Origin: Ionaspis alba | Taxonomy: Eukaryota | DNA: 64,000 nt | Direction: 5' to 3' | Assembly (NCBI GenBank): GCA_964255285.1 | Contig: CAXUUL010000001.1 | Location: 1 to 64,000, forward strand | Shown: positions 1-10,300 of the stretch, one piece after another | How the letters are laid out: the number at the start of each line of letters is the position of its first letter | Position numbering within the stretch: the first letter of the stretch is position 1 | Notes under the pieces: generated by a model | Database searches by the model: none | The model's input: only the letters and a program-made list of their open reading frames with translations | What the model was told of the DNA's origin: nothing | Made by a program: the position numbers and the translations under genes

Positions 1-536
1 GAGGGGTTGGCGGAGCTGGCAAGGGGAGGGTTAGTTGGGTGCGCAGAGGAGGTGAAGGGGTTGGGTGGAGGGGAAATGTACCTGGCTACTGCATCGTTGG
101 TTGTGGAAAGGATGGCCGCTAGCTCTTTGATGAGGTGTGGTCGGTTGCCTGTTTTCTCGAGTTGCGAGATGACGCCCGTGACGATATCATCGTTGACGTC
201 TTCGAGGTCGATTTTCGAAGTGGTTTCGGCGCCGGGAGAGGGTGGTGGCGTGTGTTCGTAGGTGTTGGGACGAGTGAGGATTTTGGGTGGTGGTTCGGCG
301 AAGGAAACGGTCTTGGAGGATGAGGAGGAGGTTGTTGATGAGCGTGGTCGCGATGAGGCTATGGGTGATGGAGTTGTCGATGTATGCGACTGTTTGAGCC
401 GTTTTGTTGGTGGTGGTTGTGGTTCGGAGGATGTGGAGGATTTGGAGAGAGAAGAGCGGTGAGCTCGTGAGGTACTTGGGAGCTGTATACCGAGGGCTGG
501 TAGCGAGAGGGATTTACGGCGAGTGTTGTATGGCAT
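1..536 (-). CDS. GDS1: GDS1-like winged-helix protein, 5' part only (runs off the window edge)
   Basis: Minus-strand frame from ATG 536: MPYNTRRKSLSLPALGIQLP...IDLEDVNDDIVTGVISQLEKTGNRPHLIKELAAIL, recalled as typical of Pezizomycotina Gds1-like proteins; intron (GTACAT...CTAAC...CAG) at about 18-81. Absent from the ORF track because there is no stop within the window. Confidence 0.7.
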   Translation of the reverse strand, partial: MPYNTRRKSLSLPALGIQLPSTSRAHRSSLSKSSTSSEPQPPPTKRLKQSHTSTTPSPIASSRPRSSTTSSSSSKTVSFAEPPPKILTRPNTYEHTPPPSPGAETTSKIDLEDVNDDIVTGVISQLEKTGNRPHLIKELAAILSTTNDAVARYISPPPNPFTSSAHPTNPPLASSANP

Positions 537-917
537 GATGACGGTGATGATGAGTCGACTCTCGATGACATTCGCGATGGAAGAAGAGTAGATGGAACGC
601 AAACTCTTTGGAAGAGAGGCGACGACGGATCAGGCCGATGGGATGAATTTCTGTGGTATGGAAGCTTGGTTGTGTGGTGGTTGATTTGTTGTTTGGGGAA
701 AAATGCGAAGGTAAGAATGCGAGTCACAGGCAGGATGCGACGGCCTATTGGATGCCGGGGATTTTGGTGTAAGGAGGTGCGTTGGAATGCGAGACGAGAC
801 TGCAGATGCAGATTTGATGGAGGAGGCTAAAACCGTGGTGCGTCGCGGTGGATAGTGCGTCGTGTGCTTGGTAGGAACAATACTCGTACTGTAGCGTACC
901 GTAAGTAGAGCCAGGGG

Positions 918-957
918 GTGTGTATGTGTGTGCGGGTGTGAGTGTGTGTGAGTGTGG
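918..957. repeat. Imperfect (GT)n microsatellite
   Basis: gtgtgtatgtgtgtgcgggtgtgagtgtgtgtgagtgtgg seen directly. Confidence 0.7.
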
Positions 958-1993
958 ATGGTGGCTTCGGGGGATGGATTTTAGGGGGTAGGGGAAGGGC
1001 GCAGGAGCCAAGGAGGGAAAGGCGTCTTGTTCTCGGTCTTGTTGCCGTGTCCCTTTTTTTTCTTTGACGGGGCGGGAAACAGTTTTCGTTTGGGTGCCGT
1101 GGGTAGTAGTGGTGCGACTAATTAGTGGGTGCTGACTGCCTAGTGGCTGCTAATTAGCGGGCTGACAGCCTTTTTGCTGTTCTTTTTCTGGCGACTCGGT
1201 GAGGTACAGCATGTTATGGCGACAAAAGATCGACTTGAGATGAAGCATGTTGGAGCCTATGAATACACAGAACGAATGGCAACCTGTACGGGTAGTGGCA
1301 ATGATGCTTTCAATGCTACATGGATGGCCAAGGTTTGCTGCCTAGGACACGCCTTTAGCACAATGTATCCTCCCCTCAACTGATGGTGCGGCAGAAGGAG
1401 ATAATAATAATCATGACGAAAGCGAGGCCGTGACGCCAATAAGAATAGAGTAAGAATAATCATAATAATCATAATAGCTTCGAGTGGGTTCATAGGCCAC
1501 AGCAAGCAAAAATCCGGCGACACAAACATAATAGGGGGTGTGTGCATCGGCCCTACGGCGACAAGGAAACGCGAAATCTTCTCTCTTCCAATCCTTTGAC
1601 ACAAGGTTGAAGCTGACTCCCCTTGCCCGAGCATGAATCCTTTACCCGAAAAAGGTCAGGTGCGGATTGCTAGAGGCGACAGAAGACGGAAACAATCCTC
1701 GAAGCTGTGGTTCCGAAAACATTGAATGCATGGTCCGCCCTGCCGTTGTTGGATCTCCGAGTCCTCGCGCTACTTCCCACACCGCTGGGCTGTTTCGTGG
1801 GCGATTAAACAAAAAAGCATAAAATTGTGATGTGATGTGATACAGATGGGCATTATTCCTTCAGCCTTGTTTCGTGTCTGCTGTCGGCTACTCTTTTCAG
1901 AGAAAGGACGTGGGGAGGAATGGAACGCAGGCATGCATCATCAACATACATGTTCATGTCAGTCACTACTGTGTGTATTTCCCCCGCTGCTGA

Positions 1994-2035
1994 GACATTC
2001 TGACATTCTGACATTCTGACATTCTGACATTCTGA
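1994..2035. repeat. Perfect tandem repeat (GACATTCT)x5
   Basis: Five consecutive 8-mers from 1994 followed by GA. Confidence 0.95.
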
Positions 2036-3074
2036 GAGTGGGATGGGGCAGGATAGCATTACCTCATCAACGCCCAAGCGTCTGTGCGCTAACGCTTTGA
2101 GGCGGCCAATCGTTGCTCGAGGCGACCTTCTGGAAAGAAAGCGGCGGCTTGTCGCACCCCTGGCTACTATCACATTGGCCGGACCGTTTGTTGCCTCCAG
2201 TGGCATGCCATCCTGTGGACCAGATCGAAAGATGCTTGCTTTCCGCCCGTCAGCTCGTCGCTGAACGGTCCATGTGGATGGCCAGGACCATGGAGGTGGT
2301 GATGTGCATTACTATTCGCCCGGGCTTTTCAGAAACCCGAAAAAACTGCCTCGCGTGCCTGGTATCCATCATGTCCCCGGTAGACAACGATTGCATGAGC
2401 TCTGCTCCTCAGTCCTATTGAGGTAGTCAAAGCCGAACTCACCCTCTACTTCGTCTCGTTCCAACCTTTGCCTTTGTTTTACTCGAGACCTTTGAAACGC
2501 ATGTGGTCATTGGTCAATTTCAATCGATCTGTCCTTTTCGGCATTTGCCTCGGCCGTCGGCAAATTTAAGGTTGAGTTGTGACGTCGGCTGTCTCGACGA
2601 ATCCTGAGCAACTGCAATCTTGAAGCCCCTATCTTCACCGCTACTGGTCATTGAAGAATAATGGTGCCGAGCTCAAGGAGTCCCCAGAGAGTATCGGTCA
2701 AACACTAGATCTACTACTGCCATTGAGTCTCTGGATTTTGAGAGGCCTATCCTGGGTGGTCAGGGAGTGGGGGTTACATATCGGACGGAGTTCGCTCCAG
2801 CGAAAGCCATAATAGCTCCAGTGTCTCAGCGCTGTAGACCGTAAGAGTTTGTTACTTAATAGAGTAAGCTCCAGAGGACCCTCGAGTCACCTAGATTAGA
2901 CTCCTATAAAGTGCTTGCTGAAATGCAGCAGTACCAACATCGGGATGCGGCGGCTTTCGGTTCCTGATATCGCTTACAAGCAGCTGCGTGGAGTTTGTGG
3001 ATCAGAGGAGGGTTAGGCCACGGCACACCCTTTCGGAGTAAATCAGATATTCCTTGTTGATATCTCTGTTGGCT

Positions 3075-4082
3075 TCACCTCCACCTAGGCTTCAGCTCTA
3101 CCCACCACGTGGTACCAAGATGATACCTTCTTATCTTGACCACCTCCAATCCACTCTCTTCCACAATCTTGCCAATGTCTTTGTTCCACCAGCATCCATG
3201 CTTGTCGGCATGCGCTGGGGCGCTGTTGTCCAGGATACGGTTGAGCCATGCATAATGACTTCGTCCGTGTTCGAGAAGGAGAATCCGTCCCTTGGCTGGA
3301 TTTGTCAGATCTCCCAGGTGAGTTAGGAGTACGGATGGATTTGGGGTTGAGCAGAGTCCCATTGTCTGGATGATGGTATCGAATCCTGAGGTTGAAGGAC
3401 AGCTTATTGGTTTGTGTGCTGATTGAGTGATGAATCTGCTCCCCTTGTACTCAGGGTGTAATTCTAGAACATCTCGAGTCAGTCATGATGGAAGAAGTGC
3501 CATCACTCAACACTTCAGCTGGATTCTTGAATTGCAGACCATACCATCGAACTTCTTCTTGGCAATCTCTACCATCTCCGCACTTTGATCTACCATCGTG
3601 ATACTCTTGCACTTCTTGAGATCATAATATTGGGTATTCCTTCCAGTCCCTACACTGACCTCGAGGACATTACCGCTCGCTCTCTTCGCGAGACTCTGCC
3701 GTAGCCAGCCTATACCCATCAGCTTCTCTGTCTGATCTACTTCACTATCAAAGTGCTTGGCGGTGTCGTTGTAGCGATGTGAGACGTCGTCTGGTACATC
3801 CATTTCGGCTCCTTTGATCTTGGCATTCTGAGAGGTGAAGTATAAGTAGGCACCATATGCTGTAAAAGTATAGAGTGCAAGGCCTCCAATGATTAAGAAT
3901 CCTTTCCGCCGTCTGATTGGCTTCACCTCAGAGGCCAATGGGTCAAGAGATTTATTGACCTGCGCTTTATATTGCCGGATGGACTTGGTGGTAGACGCTT
4001 TGCCACGAAGAGCTGCCCCTGTGGTAAAGCCCCGGCGTAGGACGACCATTGACTCCTGAATGTTTCTGAACGGTCGAGGCAT
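3075..4082 (-). CDS. OMS1: OMS1-like mitochondrial SAM-dependent methyltransferase (2 exons)
   Basis: Arg-rich presequence-like N-terminus, one TM segment, motif I VLEVSVGTGRN, then FDTIIQTMGLCS and GRILLLEHGRS; intron about 3464-3543 joins the ORFs in frame. Confidence 0.85.
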
Positions 4083-4611
4083 GACAATAAAACATCCAAC
4101 GTCTTCGAGAAAGAAAGGAAGACCCAGATACCAATTCCTGTGAGACTCTGCAAAAGGGTGTCAAAAGAGATGCAGGAACATCATGAGATTCGATGCAGGA
4201 CTCAAACGGTCAACAACAGCCGCACCTGCATTCTGAGCTCCACTGGAGACGGTGAGAAATGACATATTCAAAATACATAGTGTAGGGCCATATCGACAAT
4301 TGTACGGCCCTATGTTTTTCAATACGATAGTGCACGGACCACACCTTTCCCCAGCATGCCAAGAGAATTACGCCCGATCAACACTACATCCCGTTCATGC
4401 TCTTTTCATTCACCACCCTCACGAACCTGTCCACCAACGGATTCATTTGCTCCTTCATCAACACTCGGGGGATACTTGGGATCTTGCCTTAATTGCGAGA
4501 GTCGACTCCATCGCATCTTGAACTCCGTGTGCGACAACGACGTTAGATCTTGTCCTTGTCCTTGACCTCGGCCTTCTTCATCTCTGACCTGCACGTCGCA
4601 ATCCCGAGACG

Positions 4612-6509
4612 ATGGCCTCAGAAGTGTCATCCACCCGTCTCTATCTCGGAAACCTTCCGCGCGATGGTGAGCATCCCTGAAACTGATGGTGCTCCTTTGC
4701 CCGGACACAAATCTTCCTGCCCCTGGTGATTTATCGAGATGGGTTTCCAAATTGTGCGCGTTCCACCATCAGGAAAAACTTTTCACGAATTTGGAAACAG
4801 CCGCAATTATGAAAGATAAACACTCTTTGGTCGTGGATGGACACAGGAATACGAGGCTTGACTGCTCTTCCTCTTCAAGGCCATTTGGGTTACCTAGCTC
4901 TGTCGGATTCTGGCTGACCTTCAACCCACTGCTGCAGTCACCAAGGAAGACATTCAGGCGCATTTCAAGGAACATGGTACCGGCAACATTACCGAGGTCA
5001 AACTCATGAATGGCTTTGGATTCATCGAATACGACGATCCTATGGACGCTCGAGACGTGGTGCCGGGTAAGTCCTCTATCATGAGACCGAAGATTGCATC
5101 TTACTAACCTTCTATCTTACTAGCTTTTCGTATGCGCTTCAATCCCCTATCAATTCCTTGCCCTCAACCCTTGAAACTGATCATTTCAATTCACAGATGG
5201 CACCATGCTCAAGGAGAATCGCTTGACTGTCCAGTTCGCTCGCGGCTCTCGTCCCCGTGATACCTTTGCTGCTCAAGATCGGACTCACCCTCGTCCGAGG
5301 CGTACTGCATTCCGGATGCAACTCACTGGTCTTGCAGAAGGCACCAGTTGGCAGGTTAGCTATACCACCCCGTCACTTCTTTGGCTTTCCGGTTTTCAGC
5401 CCATTCTTGTTTTGGAATCCGCTATTTCGGTGACCACCGTGTGGATCCTGTATCATCATGCTCTTTGACCATGGCAAGACTCTCAGATATTGTTGCTTCT
5501 GTGGCCTGATAGGAATTGGTGATCTACCTCTGGCTTTTGAAGTCCTCCATCCCTCACGGTTGACAGCCCTATGTTGACGCACTTGGGCTTTTGGCCCCTG
5601 GCGGATTTTCCACTCAATGTACCTACGTGCCTGTCCTTTCAATGGAGGCAAGCTTGGCTGTTATGGCACTATGAAATTCCCAGCATGCTTCTGTATCTGG
5701 CTTTGGATAGGAGATCTGTGATCCTTACTTCTCTCATACATGCACTCGCTTGGTCTTGGATATAAAGAAGAGGATTACACGAGCTACCTTAACCGGACCC
5801 GGACTTACTTGGATTTCATAGGATCTGAAAGATTTCGCACGTCGTTCCGGTCTCGACGTCGTCTATTCTGAAGTTGGCCGTGAACGCGACGGAAAGGGGT
5901 AAGCTCACTCGTCTAGCATATCTAACCACATCACGATTGTTAATAACTTGGCTAGGTTCGTTGAGTTCGAAACAGCAGCTGATCTGAAAACTGCCGTCGA
6001 GAAACTCGACGGTACCGAATTCAAAGGCGCAAACGTCCACTGCATAGCAGACGTTCGTTCAAACCCAAAATCGTCTACAAAGGCCATCAAACTGACTCTA
6101 AGCACAGCCTCAAGATGAGGTTCCACGTGACCGTTACCGATCTCGATCTCCACCTCGTCGAGGAGGTGGGTATGGAGGTCCTCCAGACGGTTATTACGAT
6201 AGTCGTCGTGGGCCTCCTCCTCGTGGTTACAGCCCCCGACGTGACGAGTACCGTCATCGGTCGCCCGCTCCTCGCCGTGAAGAGTACTATGGTGGTAGAG
6301 ATCGATATCGCTCGCCACCTCGTGGAATGCGCGGTCCTCCCGATGATTATCTTCCACCTCGTGGTGATTATCGTGGAGACCCATATTCAGCACCACCACC
6401 ACCCCGTCGCTACGGCGGCGATCCTTACCCCAACGGTTATGATCGTCCAGGAAGAGAACGATCCCCACCTCGAGCATATGCTTATGAAGAGCGTCCACGT
6501 TATTGGTAG
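4612..6509 (+). CDS. srp2: SR-family pre-mRNA splicing factor with two RRMs and an RS/RGG tail (Srp2/Npl3/SRSF4-6-like)
   Basis: Exons give MASEVSSTRLYLGNLPRD/VTKEDIQAHF...GFGFIEYDDPMDARDVVP/AFH/G...SWQ/DLKDFAR...RYRSRSPPRRGG; the SWQDLKD pseudo-RRM motif is diagnostic. Confidence 0.92.
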
Positions 6510-7301
6510 ATGATCCTCTTTCTTTTACCCAGCGTTGGATCCTCTATCAATTGGATTCAGCTTATCCTTCTAGAGATTCCATTGCCTTCCTCCCATCTAC
6601 CGACGTGATGATTTCATAAGGTAATGGATGGTGGCTGGTGGATATCTGGATAGTGTGCACTGTAACGGAAAGGGGAATCGGTTGTGGATTCGAGTTGCAT
6701 GGGCAGTGGTCACTAGTCTACTGTTGAGCTTTGTGGGAAGGCAAAAAAGCATGCTGGTTGAGTTTTGGTTTTGCATACAACAAATTGTGTTAATTAGTTA
6801 TGATTTGTACGTTGTCGCTCGACACTCAGCGAGTACCTCCTGCATCACGGAAGGTGCTCTCTGTTAATGTCTAAGGCCCTGTACGATCACTCTAGTCCAT
6901 TATGTAGGAGCCCAAACCTGCCATTAGTGAGATTCAACTAGTTCGACATCGAGGCTTCTGAGCTTGTAGCTTCGGTCTCGAGTTTGCCGGAAAAATGTGA
7001 TGCACAGCCCATGCTATAACCAAAAACCACCGGACCATTGATTGTACCCCATGTTCTTGCACGAGCGGTGATGATCATTCCTGTGAACGTCGACGAAGAA
7101 CACGCTAGTTATAGGGCTGACTTCTCCAAACCGAAGAGCCGCAACCCAAAAGTCGAAGCACAAGCACCACACATCAAACCCCATCGTTTCCTTCCCACTC
7201 TACGGCTCCCGTACAACGTCTTCGGCACCCTTTCACCCCTTTCCTGACGACTAGTAAGGTCTTCCTCCACTGGGGTGGATTCAAATGCTCCGGTCTCCTT
7301 C

Positions 7302-10300
7302 ATGAGCTTCCCTCCCCTTCACCCTGCTTCTCAAAATCCTATTACTTCTGGCGCCCCGAATACCACAAGCGCAGGATCGGCGAGGCCTCGGCAGTCAGCC
7401 TGGGGGCTGCCTGCTCAGAGTACAGGTTCTCGTCGCGGTCTGACACCGCTATCTACAAACGTCTCGTCCTCTGCCATTGAACCATTAGCCCGCCGGCCTG
7501 GCTCGTCCAACAGTCCCTCCATCAATACCACCACATCTGCGTCCCCTTTCGCCTCCACCTTCTCCTCGGTGCTGAACTCGACGAGCCGACTGACCAACAG
7601 CCGGACAACATCTTCAGCCTCGTCCTCGACCTCTCCTTTTACTCCACTCCAAACTGGATCGCAGCAGCTACACTCCAATCAGTTGCTATCGTCCCCACGC
7701 TCTCGAGCCAACACGCCCTTCTCCAACTCAAACCTAGCGACCTCCGCCGCGGCTTCGACCACTGCAATCCAGGGTGGAGGAGGTGGAAGTAGTGGCGGCG
7801 GAGGAACGTCGAGATCAACCACACTTTTACCGTCGTTAGCGCAACAAGGTCTGAGCTCGCCCACCAGTTCGAGCTTTGACAGGAATACATTTCCATCCTC
7901 GGCATTGGCATCAAACAACTCTGGGCAATCGTCGGTCTCCAAGATTGTGGTCACTCAGGTCATTTTGCTTCTTGGTTCCATAACAGAGAAAGAAGGCAAA
8001 GCGAAGTGGGACGCCCAAGCGGAGGCTATCCGGAAGGTGAGTAACCTTGCTTCACATCTCCCAATTATGGTATCCGTATCTTGGTTCAGATAGTAACTGA
8101 TAGACGCTAGTTACTCGAGCCACACGGCATAGAAGTGTTTGCCAAATACTTTCGCCGATTACTAGTTGGTAATTCTCCTCAGATATTTCCAGGCATCAAT
8201 CGCAATGTCGAAAACCCAGGAAATTATCAGCTATTAGTGCAGGAAATAGAGAAAGCCTCCCAGAACATAAAGCACGCGAAGAACGTTGCAGATATCATTG
8301 ATACGTCCGAAGGCGACATTTTTCGCGACTTTGATCTGGCAGTTTTCTTGAACCATTTCAAGTTGAATCCTGTGGCCAAAACCATATTAGCATCTGCATT
8401 CACTGGAGCAACAAAGCCAGATCTCCGCGATAAGGGTATGAGACTGTCCCCGCAATCTACGCGCTTATTTCAAGTGTTAACTTCTTCACAGCGGCATCCG
8501 TTTTGTCTAGCAACTACCAGCCGATGCTGCAGAGTTTTGCCAACGTACACAGCACCGAAACAAACATCTCACCTTCATTATTAGCGACAGCTGCCTTGTG
8601 TTTCCTCCGTGACCTTCCTGAATCTTCCAGAGAAGGCTCAGAGAAGAACCGCGTCTATTACGCGTTATTGTCCCGGTACTCAAGTCAAGCTCTACCACTA
8701 CCTGTCGTTGTTCGCTCAGCAATGGCCTTAAACGAATTGTTCGATGAGAATTTTGATCTCACGAAAGAGCTTCAAAGACAAGGTCCTCAGGGAGTAGCGA
8801 GCGTCGACGCAGCAAAAGATTTCCTTGTTCGCTATGGCAAGAGTAATCTCAACGAAACGCAGGTTGCCGGAGCATTGCTCTTCATGATTCTAACTCCAGA
8901 TTCTGCGGAATATCAGCCTGACGTTTTTGTGGCAGCAGCTCGTGATGTAGCGAAATCTCTCGACTGGCAGAAGGTAGTCCGCGAATTTGACCGTGAGAGC
9001 CTCACTGTATCTCCAGAACAATTCCTCACCCTTTACAAATGTCTGCTCCCTATTGCTCAAGACAATCAAGACTTCGACATTCAGCTCCTGTGGGGGGGTC
9101 AATGGAAATGCAGCCTGACTCAGCTGTCGTTCGCTTTGGCACTCATCTCACTATCACCTATTCAGTTGGACGCTGCTTCAATCCCGGGTTTGCGCTCGGC
9201 CTACGATCCGAAAGAGTGCTTGGATGGTACGGAAGAAGTTGTGGACTTTGCTCAAGAAGCTTTGCGCGACACTATGATATCTCTTGACGCAGTCACTGCC
9301 CTTTCTGAAATTGTCTTCAGCACTGAAAATCCAATCCCTATCGAGGAGGTCTCGAACGCGAAACAGATCATCAGTGCCAAGACAGCCTCATTTGTCTGCT
9401 CAGCTGCTGGGATTCCCAAACCTTGGACAGCTGATCACCAGAACCTTATGTCGAGGATGCTAGTACCGTATTTACTCAAGCAGCAACCAAATTACCGATA
9501 CGTATTGCACTCTCTATGGAAACAAGACAAGCACTGGCTTGCTACAAGACTCATAGAAGCACATCTGGAAGATCCAATCAAGTTGCCTGTGTTGTTGGAG
9601 CACGCTGAGGAACACGCTTGGCTCGACGATTTATCCACCTTGGTGAATGGTTTCGGTATTGATCTAGCTGCACTTGCCCACCGTAAAGGGATCATGGATC
9701 TTGACCAATGGGCATCAGAGAAGCTCGCCAGAGCCCCTGAAGAGTTTTCTGTAGCGCTCTCAAAATTCCTCATCATCAAGGCACAGGATGAAATGCGGAC
9801 CGCCAGAGGAGAACAGGTCGCTCCGCGAACTGTTAGCCTTGCTATGAAAACAGTGTATGGAATGCTGAAAATACTGGAGGAGCATATGAAGGATCGAAGG
9901 GAGGAACTCATAGCCCTCGAGCGCCAGTGCATGCAGGCCTTTCCGCGACTGATCAACTACGGAGAGGGTTTCGATGACGTGATTGAAGCGAACGGTGAAG
10001 AGACAAACTCTTTGTCTGCATCTACCGACGCGGAAATGCAGGAGCTCTACAAGCGAATGTATAGTGCCGAGCTGGAAGTTCGACACATCATCGAAGCATT
10101 ACAAGACTGCAAGACCTCAACCGTGCCAGCAAAGCAAGATCTTTTCTGCTGTATGATTCATGGTCTCTTTGATGAGTATGTATGTTTCAACGAGTATCCT
10201 TTGGGACCATTGGCGACCACAGCAGTTCTGTTCGGAGGTATTATCAGCTACAGACTAATCACTGGTCTTACTCTCAACGTTGGTCTGGAGATGGTTCTCG

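Noticed and set aside
1994..2035. Short direct repeats here and at 32071-32123 as a CRISPR-like array
   Set aside because: Eukaryotic context, no series of unique spacers and no cas genes.
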